A program made the position numbers and the translations under genes. A DNA stretch of 64,000 bases from the NCBI GenBank assembly GCA_965153355.1, contig OZ231126.1:30690001-30754000 (forward strand). Reading direction: 5' to 3'. The DNA comes from Flaccisagitta enflata (taxonomy: Eukaryota). Shown in pieces: positions 39,158 to 57,137 of this stretch; position 1 is the first letter of the stretch, and each line of letters starts with the position of its first letter. The notes beneath the pieces are model-generated. The model did no database searches, had not been told where the DNA came from, and saw nothing but the letters and a program-made list of their open reading frames with translations.

Positions 39158-39548
39158 AAAATGCAAAATTTTTCTGTTTGTGGCTTTCTTATAATTTTGA
39201 CCTAAAAAAAAATGTCAACAAAATTTCACTAAAAATCTTCATTTTCTTGCCATTTTCTGTGAGAATTGCTTATCAAAAGGCTTGAGGCGTAAAATATGAA
39301 ACAGACATATATAACAAGTGTATCCAGTGACAACTTGAGTAATGAAAACATTTGTGGATGGATAATTAGTCCATTATTGATGCAAAAGTGGGGTGAAGCG
39401 CTTTATTTTTCCCTGGCAGATTTGACGTTCTATGAGTGAGAAAACTCTTGCCAAGACCTCTCCAGAGCCCAACCTGAAGAGTAGTACAGTATTTGGTCCC
39501 GCCGTTTTCACCAAAGTATAACAAGTAGTCACACAATCACAGACAGAC

Positions 39549-39840
<292 letters not shown>

Positions 39841-39997
39841 CTGATCCTGACTCCCGCACGTTTAACGAAACACATTTACACTGAGTGTCAATGAAATGAT
39901 AAGATAACTGGTGAAAATAAACAACAGGCGTGATTCGAACTCAAGTACAAGAGAAACGACGGCTATATCTGCCAAACGAACATAACTGAAGTGGCTT

Positions 39998-40075
<78 letters not shown>

Positions 40076-40094
<19 letters not shown>

Positions 40095-40682
40095 TAACAA
40101 AGAGCAAAGAACTGACTAGCAAATTGAACTCCAAGTTCTCCAGCAGAAAGATATTTTTTTTTCCAAAAAAATTTTAGTCCTCATCTGTTTTCAGTCGCGT
40201 GCACGCGACTCTACAACCCGCTTTGTCCGTAGGTCGGTTGGTTGGTCCGTCGGTTGGTCCGTCGGTCACACTTTACTTTTTTTATGATTTTATTACTTTG
40301 ACCTCCCTGCTCCTGCCCAAATGGTCTGGTGACCTCAAATATGGCCCCTGCCCACCCGCACGCGAGAGAGAGAGAGAGAAAGATAACAAAGAGCAAAGAA
40401 CTGACTAGCAAATTGAACTCCAAGTTCTCCAGCAGAAAGATATTTTTTTTTCCAAAAAAATTTTAGTCCTCATCTGTTTTCAGTCGCGTGCACGCGACTC
40501 TACAACCCGCTTTGTCCGTAGGTCGGTTGGTTGGTCCGTCGGTTGGTCCGTCGGTCACACTTTACTTTTTTTATGATTTTATTACTTTGACCTCCCTGCT
40601 CCTGCCCAAATGGTCTGGTGACCTCAAATATGGCCCCTGCCCACCCGCACGCGACTTCGGTAGCCGTGTATCCGGCCTTGTT
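40076..40682 (+). repeat. 289-bp tandem duplication containing a HINE family A element
   Basis: Identical sequence at offset 289 (40199 vs 40488); the first HINE copy stops at CACGCGA, the second is complete to 40682. Confidence 0.92.
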
Positions 40683-41070
40683 AAAACCAAAATAACAAAA
40701 CCAGTTCAAATACCACGACTAGTGTTGCACAATGCACAATGAGAGAATAATGGAATCTAAAAAATTGGTTGAACCCCGCAATAACAAATGTCAAAAGCTT
40801 ATACATTGTTTCATACGGTGTGAATAATCAACATCTTAAGTCGCTGTGTCCGTCTGTCCGTCCATCCGCCATACTTTAATCTAAAACTTTGAAAATGCAC
40901 CATATTGCTCCGACCTTCTTCTTTTTTTTTCTTTTTTTTTTCTTTTTTTGCGATCATTACATATTCACAATCTTTTCTTTTTTCCTGGTTGCCAAAACAG
41001 CATCACAAGAAATCCGATAGACTTTCTTTCATAACTTACAATTGTGGTAGCGGTGGTGAAAATCTTTCTA

Positions 41071-41957
41071 CAGGGTCTTTAAATCGGATTGACTTTTTGT
41101 AAACCTTTGTAACTTGAAAACTAATTGAAGGAAAGTCTTCAAATTTTCAGTGTATGTTGGAAGTAAGCTGCGGTTTTGTTATGCCAAATCTCAATTGGCT
41201 GTCAGCTTAACATTGATTAAACTACCATTTCTTATGCCATATCATTTTCCCTGGTCTTTTTTAAAGAGGCTGTCTTAGACAACTTTCAAAGGAATTTACC
41301 TAAAACCCTGGGATCGGGATTAGTCTCAAACGACAGACAATATCTTATAGATTGCACATCTCTTGCATGAGTATCAAAAACTTGGATATTTCAAATGGTT
41401 GTAAATGGTTTTATTGGAAATTATCACATTTTTGGTTTGAAAACATAGAAAAATCACCCTCTAATGTTTTCACCCCCCAATAGAATATCAAAGTTTCAAG
41501 CAAAACTAAGATGAGTAAAACTGAGAAACAATTATTTATCATCTCACATTTTAGGGACAATTTTGTATAGACGTAGCAAGCAAATAGTAACAATATCTTT
41601 CACAAAATTGAAGTTTTTTAGTCGCGTGCAAGCGACTCTACAACCTGCTTTGTCCGTCGGTTGGTAGGTTGGTCGGTTGGTCGGTTGGTCCGTCACACTT
41701 TACTTTTTTTTATGATTTTATTTCTTTGGCCTCACTGCTCCTGCCCAAATGGTCTGGTGACCTCAAACATGGCCCCTGCCCACCCGCACGCGACTTCGGT
41801 AGCCGTGTATCCGGCCTTGTTCTTTGATATGCTGACTTCCAACGCTTATGAACTCACTATTGAGATTTGGCATGCCAAAACCGTAGCATATTACCTACAC
41901 CCAATAGTTTTCAAGTTATAAAGGTTTACTAAAAGTCAAACCGATTTAAAGACGGTG
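41071..41957. mobile_element. TA-flanked MITE related to 13618-14367, with nested HINE (41619-41821)
   Basis: CAGGGTCTTTAAATCGGATTGACTTTT / AAAAGTCAAACCGATTTAAAGACGGTG. Confidence 0.8.
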
Positions 41958-42033
41958 TAACTGCACTATAGCAAAATTAGCGACTCTAAACAATGGGTAA
42001 AGACAATTTGTCGATGAACGCCGTGTTGATGTA

Positions 42034-42602
42034 CAGTACGATGGGAAGCAAAGACCTAGACTGGAGGATAGATTTTAAGATAATATTGAAATGCGTTATG
42101 CTATCAGCTTCAATGCTAATTCAAGGCGCTTTATTGCTTGAATATATTGCTGACTTGACTCATCAGGACTTCATTTTTCAATGTTTTAATCTAGCTCATC
42201 AGATCGGGAAGAAAATTCTATATAATTTAGAAGAAAAAATCAGCTCAATCGGATCATTTTTACAGGTTTTATGCCTGTTTTAAACTTTGCCCAGATATTA
42301 ATTTACATAATTATTCTTTATGAAAAACAGCTGTAAAACCTGTAAAAACAGTCCGATTGAGCTGATTTTTTTTTCAAAATCATATAAAATTTTTAGCCCA
42401 ATCTGATGGGCTAGGTCAAAACGTTGAAAAATGAAGTCCTGATGAAGTCAAGTTACAAGTTGAAGAATGAAAAAAGCTGACATATTCAAGCAATAAAGCA
42501 ACCTTTAATTAGCATAAATATCAATTTTTTCATAAATCAAATCAAATTGAAATACCTAAAATCTATCCTCCAGTCTAGGTTGTCTTTGCTCCCATCGTAC
42601 TG
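42034..42602. mobile_element. Foldback MITE (near-complete palindrome), TA TSD
   Basis: TA|CAGTACGATGGGAAGCAAAGAC ... GTCTTTGCTCCCATCGTACTG|TA; arms complementary to within ~40 bp of the centre. Confidence 0.9.
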
Positions 42603-43066
42603 TAGTCTACGACACATCTCAAAACCTGTGAGTGGACGACGGATGCAACGGATGTGCCGTGTTGGCTGAAGATGGGACAGATGATTCCACAGATGAATAT
42701 GTGACGAATGCGTGATGAACACAGATGCATCCTCAGCTTCACGGAAGGATGCCACAATGACAACAGGCGCTTATCTTCTTTAGTATAGAAATAAAGCGTA
42801 TATGGCTGGCTGATTTGAAATTATAATACACTTGGTTTTGATGATTGGTCCCAGGCGACGTTTCAGATTTCTTTTTTTGTGGAACGGGATTCGACCCTTG
42901 TGGCCTGCTGCCCTGCTCTCACACAATAATTTCAACTGATCCATCCGAGCAGGGCAACTGTTACCGCTTACCAAGTAGCATGTGCGATTCCTGGATGACT
43001 GGTGGGCCTTGCATACGGCCTTGTTCTGACAAATGCGAGTGACGCCGGCCTTCTTTTCTTCTTTAG

Positions 43067-44110
43067 ATTCAAAACGCGTCGGAATGACTGAGATGGATGG
43101 AATCGTCAATGAGACTATAGATGATGTTTTAAACACGATCAGCGAGGATCCCAATCGGCATTTTATTCAGTCTGAGTCAACGCAAGGAAATGATGCTTTT
43201 GAAAAACCTCTCCAGTCGCCTCATCAGACTCTCTTAGGCCCGTCTCTTCATTCACCGTTTCAGTCGCCTCAACAGACTTTACCCGACCCATCTCTTCATC
43301 CGCCTCATCAGTCCCCACATAAGACTCTATTAGACCCACCTCTTCACTCGCCTCATCAGTCCCAACATGAGACTCCATCAGATCTACCTCTTCACTCGCC
43401 TCTTCAGTCCCAACATGAGACTCCATTAGACCCACCTCTTCACTCGCCTCATCAGTCCCAACATGAAACTCCATTAGACCCACCTCTTCACTTGCCTCAT
43501 CAGTTCCAACATGAGACTTCATTAGACCCACCACTTCACTCGCCTCATCAGTCCCAACATGAGACTCCATTAGATCCACCTCTTCATTCGCCTCATCAGT
43601 CCCAATATGAGACTCCATTTGACCCACCTCTTCACTCGCCTCATCAATCCCAACATAAGACTCTATTAGACCCACCTCTTCACTCGCCTCATCAGTCCCA
43701 ACATGAGACTTCATTAGACCCACCTCTTCACTCGCCTCATCAGTCCCAATATGAGACTCCATTTGACCCACCTCTTCACTCGCCTCATCAATCCCAACAT
43801 AAGACTCTATTAGACCCACCTCTTCACTCGCCTCTTCAGTCCCAACATGAGACTCTATTAGACCCACCTCTTCACTTGCCTCATCAGTTGCCTGATCGTA
43901 CCCCACCAGACCCATCTTTTCATTCAGTTCACCAATCGCTGATTCTTCCTACAGAGAATTTCCTTGCTCCAAACTTTGTCAATTCACAAGATGCGCATAT
44001 TGCTGATGAACCGAGGATAACATCGGGCATCATTGTGAATTTATCAAAAGGCCCCCTAAAAAATGCAATGGAATCTGATCAACAACAACAAAAACCAAAA
44101 CAACAACAAC

Positions 44111-44206
<96 letters not shown>

Positions 44207-44252
44207 CTGTCAAGATTCGCCCCATGATTCGTCAACCAACCGTGAGGAACAG
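43067..44252 (+). CDS. Probable upstream exon of the zinc-finger gene (His/Pro/Ser/Gln 16-aa repeats; frameshift in CAA tract)
   Basis: ttcttttcttctttag acceptor; ~15 copies of a 48-bp repeat (DPPLHSPHQSQHETPL); in the poly-Q frame the exon ends EEQ|gtgcat in phase 0, matching the acceptor at 45291. Confidence 0.6.
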
Positions 44253-44841
44253 GTGCATATGCATGTAACTAGATATACCCTGGGCCCTACCACGACACGT
44301 CTCTTTGTCTTACTGAAAACTGTTCATTTGTGTGTTCGATTGTGACTCATGAGGCTGTGAAACAAGACAAGGGTTGAGCCCTTCATGATCTGTTGCTGCT
44401 ACTCTTCAGTTCTCGTTTCTTCAGGCTGAAATCCATCCGTAGGTCGGTTGGTTGGTTAGCCCGTCGGTCCGTTGGATGGTTGGTCTGTCAATCAGATTTA
44501 GTCATTGTCATGGTTTTTTTTAATTGTGTATATGTAACAATGTGACAAAATATTTAGTAATTGAGAAATGGTATGAATAGGCATGACTTATACATCACTA
44601 TCGTTACCACTGGTAACTTACCAGAGAACCTTTTTTTTTATTTTTTCCCATTGGGAATTACAAAACGCATAAAAAAGGCAGGCAGAGGCCATGATTTTTT
44701 TTTTTTTTCTTGGGGGGGGGCATGGTTAGTTGGTTAGACATAGCTAGATATATAGGCACAGTTGTATTTTAACTATCCATAAGTTTGATTGAACCCAAAT
44801 GTATTACTGAGGGCTGTAAAAAAGTTGCCAATGGCAACTTA

Positions 44842-45238
44842 CCACGCGAATAAAAAAAAGACGCACCTCCTTACTCATTAATAAAACAGATCAAAAAAAT
44901 AATTTTAATTATTTTCAGTTAAGTTTTTTACAAAGATTTTCATTCTAGACCAACCCCAGGTATGTATCTCAAACGGTTCAGGAGCTAGATCCCTGCAAAG
45001 AGAAGCACTATTTTGGTAAATTGCTCATTTTACATAGGGATTGCAAAACTGAAACAGGCAATATTTTTACTCAAACTAATGCCATCTCTAAACAAAAAAA
45101 GATAGAAATACCAGATTGGCGCCAAATGAAAGTACTTTCAAAAGGCTTTAAAATGGTTTAAGATTTTAAGTAGTTTCTCTGAATTTTTATGGCTAAATAA
45201 GCCATTAAAAAGTGCGTCTTTTTTTTTTATTTCCGTGG
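44842..45238. mobile_element. TA-flanked MITE in intron
   Basis: CCACGCGAATAAAAAAAAGACGCAC / GTGCGTCTTTTTTTTTTATTTCCGTGG. Confidence 0.8.
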
Positions 45239-45291
45239 TACAGAGCCCTATGGACACATAAACTCTATTGGATATCATCTTGTCATCTTAG

Positions 45292-47456
45292 GAATGGCGA
45301 CCATCGTTGAAGAGATCCTGTCTCTATGGGACCACTTGGGAACCACAGTCAAAGTGGACGAGACTGGATTCATCTCTGGACCAAAGTCATGAAATTGAAA
45401 CCTCGACCGCACACTCCCCTCAAAAAGTTGGGTCAGACCAAAATGCAAAAGTTGTCAGGAAACTTTTCCAAGTCAGGCCGCTTGTAATTCACACATGGAA
45501 GATGTCCACAAAGGACGTCACTTTCTCTGCCACTTGTGTGGAGTCATGCTTCGAGGCAATTCGCAAAGTCTACAGCATAGAAAAGAACATGAGAAGCCAT
45601 ATGCTTGTAGATTCTCTATTTTCTATGTAAAAGCAAAAGACAGAATGTCTTGGAGGTCGTGGCATAATAACTCATGCGACTTTTGCGAAGCCCAACTTCC
45701 AAATAGGCACATGAAGCGGCATCATGTGGATGAAAAGCACCGCGGAAGGAGCTTTGTCTGTAATATTTGTCACCAAACAATCGATTCTTATTTGTTCTTG
45801 CCAGGCCATGAAAGGAAACACTCGGAAACACCCACCTTCAATGCAGAGTTTAAAATATCCATCGCGAACTTGGGCTCTTTGATCCCGCTTCTAAAATCAC
45901 AGGAGGCATTGGAACCGTTAACGCCAAAGCATATTTTGTCGAAGAAATGTCCCCATTGCATTGAATCGTTTATAAATGAAGGCGACACTCGACAACACAT
46001 AGCAACAGATCATGAGGGACAAAGATTTCTTTGCGACACCTGCGGAACCTCCACTAAAGACATCACACTCCATCAAAAACTGAATGAATCTTGCAAGAAT
46101 GGCGAGTTCACTCCATTCTACGACAGAGCAAATTTGTACTGGGATTTCATCATCAAACCTGGAAGGTGCCCATTATGTAAAGAATATTTTTCTCACTTGA
46201 ACCTCCACTTTGAAGAACATCATAGATTTCGCAAGTTTCAGTGCAGTTTATGCGATGAAATGATATCCTCACACAAAGAGGTGCCCAAACACAAGATCTC
46301 GCATGCCACAGAGCCAACCTTCATCGTCCATTTTGGTCAGCCCGACCACAGTGTTTGTCCCTTGGTAAAACGTGACCAACGAAAAAAAATCCATCATATT
46401 TGCCACAAGAAATTTAAAAACAAGAAACAAAGAAAAATTCATGTTGAATCAAATCACAAGGGTCAGCGGATTCTCTGCCATTGCTGCGGGTCCGTTGTCA
46501 ATGACATCAAGTTGCACAGAGGGGAGTATGACTCTTGCAAAACTGCTTCCACCACTATCTTTTTCGATGTGAAGAATGAATGCACTATTCTTTCTTTGAG
46601 CGAGACGCATTGCAAGATTTGTAAGCAGGATTTCCCTAATTTGATGCACCACATCGATGAGGTCCACAGGTCACGGAAGTTCCGATGTAATCTATGCAAG
46701 GACGAAATTTTATCACATAAGGATCTAACAGAACACAAAGCTCTTCATATTGAAACTGCTACATTTACAGTTTTATTCAATCCTGTTGATAAGGAGACAT
46801 TCAGTAACGAGACTGACACAGCATGGCGTTGTCATTCCATGTGTTGCACTTGTTTTTTGATCCTCCCCAATTATGGCGATATGCAGAACCATCAACGTAG
46901 ACACGTCCCTAGTTCTTCTTTCATCATATACAAGCAGAAAGTTGAGGACTTCTTGCCTAGCCGAGGGTTAAAGAGTAAGTGTGAAATATGCAACGAGGTA
47001 TTTGTGGAAAACCATTTGAAGTTGCATCACTTTGATGAAATTCATAGAAATCGACGATTTAAATGCTTCGCTTGTGCATCTGAGATAAAAAGTCATAAGA
47101 ATTTGCTCGCGCATTTCCAGCAACACCTGGTTGAAGAACCGGTTATCTTTCAGACTGTCTACGACATCTCTGATCCAAAAGTAGCGGAGTTGATTAAGTC
47201 GCTGAAAAAGCCAACCTACGACTGTCATCACTGCTCAGAGTCATTCTCAAGAAGTGTCGCTTTGGCCACTCATTTAGAAACGGTTCACGCAGAAACTTAT
47301 GCCAATGGACTCCAATTCCTCTGTGATTATTGTGCAGAAGTTGGGAAAGACTTTAGAAACCACAAACGATCCAATGTTGCGTGTACAAATAGTTCTTTCA
47401 CCATCTTTTATGATATGAAACATGAAAGTCTGCCATACAATTCCATTGACAGGAAA
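45292..47456 (+). CDS. Multi-zinc-finger protein, large exon part 1 (~17 C2H2/C2HC fingers); gene probably disrupted
   Basis: Repeated CxxC-x12-H-x3/4-H; apparent 1-nt frameshift near 45440; cut by a HINE at 47457. Confidence 0.8.
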
Positions 47457-49349
47457 CAAGGCCAACACCTATAAGTCGCGTGTGAGACAAAGATAACTGA
47501 ATTGACCTGACTCCTTATTGTATCACTTTATTGGCTTAATCCAGACTTAAACCAGACTTAAACCAGACTAAAACCAGACTTAAACCAGAGTTAAATTAGA
47601 CTAAAACCAGACTAAAACCAGACTAAAACCAGACTAAAACCAGACTAAAACCAGACTTAAACCAGACTTAAACCAGACTTAAACCAGACTTAAACCAGAC
47701 TTAGACCAGACTTAGACCAGACTTAGACCAGACTTAGACCAGACTTAGACCAGACTTAGACCAGACTTAGACCAGACTTAAACCAGACTAAGACCAGACT
47801 AAGACCAGACTTAGACCAGACTTAGACCAGACTTAGACCAGACTTAGACCAGACTTAGACCAGACTTAGACCAGACTTAGACCAGACTTAGACCAGACTT
47901 AGACCAGACTTAGACCAGACTTAGACCAGACTTAGACCAGACTTAGACCAGACTTAGACCAGACTTAGACCAGACTTAGACCAGACTTAGACCAGACTTA
48001 GACCAGACTTAGACCAGACTTAGACCAGACTTAGACCAGACTTAGACCAGACTTAGACCAGACTTAGACCAGACTTAGACCAGACTTAGACCAGAGTAAG
48101 ACCAGACTAAGACCTGACTTAGACCAGACTTAGACCAGACTTAGACCAGACTTAGACCAGACTTAGACCAGACTTAGACCAGACTTAGACCAGACTAAGA
48201 CCAGACTTAGACCAGACTTAGACCAGACTTAGACCGGACTTAGACCAGACTTAGACCAGACTTAGACCAGACTTAGACCAGACTTAGACCAGACTTAGAC
48301 AGACCAGACTTAGACCAGACTTAGACCAGACTTAGACCAGACTTAGACCAGACTTAGACCAGACTTAGACCAGACTTAGACCAGACTTAGACCAGACTTA
48401 GACCAGACTTAGACCAGACTAAGACCAGACTTAGACCAGACTTAGACCAGACTTAGACCAGACTTAGACCAGACTTAGACCAGACTTAGACCAGACTTAG
48501 ACCAGACTTAGACCAGACTAAGACCAGACTAAGACCAGACTTAGACCAGACTTAGACCAGACTTAGACCAGACTAAGACCAGACTAAGACCAGACTTAGA
48601 CCAGACTTAGACCAGACTTAGACCAGACTTAGACCAGACTTAGACCAGACTTAGACCAGACTTAGACCAGACTTAGACCAGACTTAGACCAGACTAAGAC
48701 CAGACTTAGACCAGACTTAGACCAGACTTAGACCAGACTTAGACCAGACTTAGACCAGACTTAGACCAGACTAAGACCAGACTAAGACCAGACTTAGACC
48801 AGACTAAGACCAGACTAAGACCAGACTTAAACCAGACTTAGACCAGACTTAGACCAGACTTAGACCAGACTTAGACCAGACTCAGACCAGACTCAGACCA
48901 GACTTAGACCAGACTTAGACCAGACTTAGACCAGACAAGACCAGACTTAGACCAGACTTAGACCAGACTTAGACCAGACTTAGACCAGACTTAGACCAGA
49001 CTTAGACCAGACTTAGACCAGACTTAGACCAGACTAAGACCAGACTTAGACCAGACTTAGACCAGACTTAGACCAGACTTAGACCAGACTTAGACCAGAC
49101 TTAGACCAGACTTAGACCAGACTTAGACCAGACTTAGACCAGACTTAGACCAGACTTAGACCAGACTTAGACCAGACTTAGACCAGACTTAGACCAGACT
49201 TTTAAAAATGACTCAAAATAACTCCAGATAACCCAAAATGACCAAAAACGACGCAAAAAAGCTAAGTGTTACGGACCGACCGACCGACCGACCGACCGAC
49301 CGACCGACCGACGGAGCGGGTTGTAGAGTCGCGTGCACGCGACTAAAAA
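47457..49349 (-). mobile_element. HINE family A with ~150-copy 11-bp satellite (AGACCAGACTT) inserted in the zinc-finger exon
   Basis: Ends CAAGGCCAACACCTATAAGTCGCGTG and AGTCGCGTGCACGCGACTA; 3' block shared with 9874-11313; flanks rejoin as IDRK|RCDVCKK. Confidence 0.93.
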
Positions 49350-53942
<4,593 letters not shown>

Positions 53943-54088
53943 GAAATGCGCATTGACTGTTGGCGATATTTGTTATTGAAAATCCTTGTACTTTTTTGTC
54001 AGTCAAAGAGCTATTTCTTGACCCGTCCAATAATCTTTTCCAGGATAGTAGTATTGTCATTTTCAAAGTGTAATTTTATGTTTAACTA

Positions 54089-55074
54089 CAATATGTTTTT
54101 TTGGAATGCACCAAAAGAAACCTTTATAACTCTGCTCCCGAGCATCATAGCAAGATGCGGATTGCACCATTGGAAAGAGCGCAAAAAAACTATTCTTTTT
54201 ATGTCTTTTTCTGATATTTTGCTGCAATTTGAAATTTTTCTACCACACCTAGAGCAAAAACATTGAAATCTCCAACAACTATGGCAAAGAAAAAAAGCGA
54301 ACACTTTGTTTTCCTGTTTTCTGCTTAACTATGGGCCTCAGCTAAAGAAAATCCATGACCGTTAGAAAGCTCTGCAAAATATCTTCCAATTGCGATGTTG
54401 CTGGTCATTGTAGCTTTATACATTTAGAAATGGCAAAGGTTTGAAGAAAAATATCACTGATTTAAAAAAGCGCTGATTTCAATTTTTTTCCAATGAGCAA
54501 TTTTAAAGTTGCCGTTTTTGTCAATGATGTAGCTCAGGATTGTCTTAGCTACTTGTTATCCATGAGCAAATTAAAGAGCTTCAAATTTTCTTTAAAATGG
54601 CGCCAAAAACAAATTTCTAACTCAATACGTTTAATTTTTATGTAAGAATAAACATTACCCATGAAAATCACATAGTGAATTTCTAAATTTTTGACCACCT
54701 GTCTTCACCCTAATGCCATTTCTAAACGGATAGAACTAGGACATCCAGCAACGTCTCATTTGAAAGATCTTTTGCAGAGCTTCAAAATGGCCATGGATTT
54801 TGCTATGTTTATCTTATTGCTTGGGTGTGAAACTGAACAAAATACTATTTTCTTTTAGAAGGAGAATCTGATAGCCAATTTCTGGGTCTTGAAGATTTCA
54901 ATGTTTTTGCTCTAGGTGTGGTAGAAAAATTTCAAATTCCAGCAAAATATCAGAAAAAGACATGAAAAAATAGTTTTTTGTGCTCTTTCCAATGGTGCAA
55001 TCCGCATCTTGCTACGATGCTCAAGAGCAGAGTTATATACGTTTCTTTTGGTGCATTCCAAAAAAAACATACTG
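54089..55074. mobile_element. TA-flanked MITE with ~190-bp TIRs
   Basis: CAATATGTTTTTTGGAATGCACCAAAAGAAAC / GTTTCTTTTGGTGCATTCCAAAAAAAACATACTG. Confidence 0.9.
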
Positions 55075-55976
55075 TACCACTGAATGTGTGCAATCAATTT
55101 TAGAAGGACCTAGTATAGTTAACATTCCGACAATTGCGGTCTTGTTTACCCAGACCAAAAATGTTAGTCGCTGGCTCAGCGACTCTATAAGAGGGTGCGT
55201 TCCTTAGTAGGAAGGTAGGAATGTCAGTACCACGTTACGCAGAATTTTAGATGATGCAAATTGGCTGAAATGATAATTTCTGAGCATTACGGCCCCTGCC
55301 CATCCAAATAACAGCCCCTGCACTGCCCCTGCCCTCCCGTCGGCCTAAAATCAGCTCGTAACAATAATCAATTAGATGGTTCTGTGATAAGTGAGGTAGT
55401 ACAATGGATTAGGCTGTACTGACCAACAATTATGGCTAGTTTTCCATTAAATCTATGTGAAGTGAAAACCACAATTTGATGTTTTTCTTCTTTCAATGAT
55501 CATTATTAAAACGTAAAACCAAGCACGTCTGAAGTTTCACTGACTGTACTTAAGCCATTGAAGTGCACAAATCTATTTAGATTTATTTCTATGAGAGATT
55601 CACTAATATCTCTTATTCCTCTCAAATAAAACCTTTGATTTTCAATCCTCAATATATATATAAAAGCCTTTGATCAAAATCTTAAAAGGACTGACTCTTC
55701 CCCAAATGATATCGCTTGTACTGTACTGATAACTTAATGACGCAACACAAACATCAATTGCAACTGTTTGATCTTTCCGTAAACAATGCCGGATACACGG
55801 TCAATACTAATCGCGTTCAGCAACGGGAAGGGGTGAGTATCATAGGCGGATGGACAAATGGAAACAGGCTAGCTTGTCTGCGACTTCAAATTTCTCTGAA
55901 ATCAGAAAACCTAGATCCAAGGATTTCACGACAGGTGCGATGGTTAACCATGGCATTCTTTAGGATAAGACATTTC

Positions 55977-56187
55977 TAGTCGCGTGCTACGCGACTCTAC
56001 ACCCCGCTTTGTCGGTCCGTCGGTCCGTCGGTCGGACCGTCTGTCTGTCCGTCGGTCCGTCACACTTTACTTTTTCGACGTTTACGGGGTTTTTGACTAT
56101 ACCGCTCCTGCCCAAATGCTCCACTGACCTCAAATATAGCCCCTGCCCACCCGCACGCGACTTGGGTAGCCGTGTATCCGGCCTTGT
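55977..56187 (+). mobile_element. HINE family A (short form)
   Basis: TAGTCGCGTGCTACGCGACT ... CACGCGACTTGGGTAGCCGTGTATCCGGCCTTGTT. Confidence 0.88.
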
Positions 56188-57137
56188 TTGTTGTGAAAGT
56201 GAAGGCTTAGGTTCTCAAACCCTTTTGGCTGCTGCCCTTTCTAGCTCGCGCTTTTATATTCTCTGTCGGTGTGTTGTCTCTTTTCTCAAAAAAATGAGAT
56301 AATGATGAAGAATGATCAGTTACGAAACAGAAGACTTTCCCCACCAACCAGTTGCTTCCACGCCACGGTCGACTTCCTAGTTCTTTTAACGGTGAATTAC
56401 CATTTTGTTTTCATTGATTCACCATTTTTTCCTGAATGTAGGTCATTCACACCAGAGGTATCAAAAATGAGAAAAGTTCGAAGCGAAACAAAATTTCCCA
56501 AGTATGACTAGAACTTTTGTCGCTCAACCGGTCTATGCTGTACAATCTGAAGAGCAGACCGCTGGGGGCTGATAGGAAACCTTTTCCTACCAAATGGACG
56601 ACGCGGTACTATTAACCCAAAGACCGCTTTTCATTAAAACATGCCAAACGGCCAAACGGCCAAACGGCCAGAGACCGGAGGTCAGTCAATCTTTTATGGT
56701 CGATTGGTAATTGGGTACTATTGCAAGTAATTCTCTATGATTTCTCTCGACTAGCCCGGCCTCATTTGTTGGTCTTTCTGTCCAATTTTCCAATAGTCTT
56801 CCTCTTACATGGTGTCTCTTCCAATGTTTATGTCGATCTCTCTCTCTCACTGTCTCTTCTCCCTGTCTCTGTCCGTCTGTTTGCTTTTCCACACCCCTGG
56901 TTTCAAGAATGCCAGTCATATGATTAAACGAACAAACGCAGTTGGAAAGTGGCAGTGTTGCAACCCAAAATAAAACACATGTGTCCAACACGACTAATCA
57001 ACTAATCAACCAACTGATCAACCAACCAACATATCAACCCCCCAATGTCAATGCCAATCAACGACCAGAAAGTCACATAAAGGTTTTCTTCACGCGACAA
57101 AAAGTTGTTTCAATTTTACTGCAGGAACTGCGCGATC

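Noticed and set aside
41990-42780. Further upstream exon of the zinc-finger gene split by a MITE
   Set aside because: Stops in all frames after removing the MITE, and only a GC donor is available.
47530-49200. Telomeric repeat or intron
   Set aside because: The 11-bp array is bounded by HINE ends seen elsewhere in the window, and no convincing GT/AG pair removes it.
55977-56187. tRNA-derived SINE
   Set aside because: No A/B boxes, tail or TSD; subTIR, microsatellite and 3' hairpin fit a HINE.
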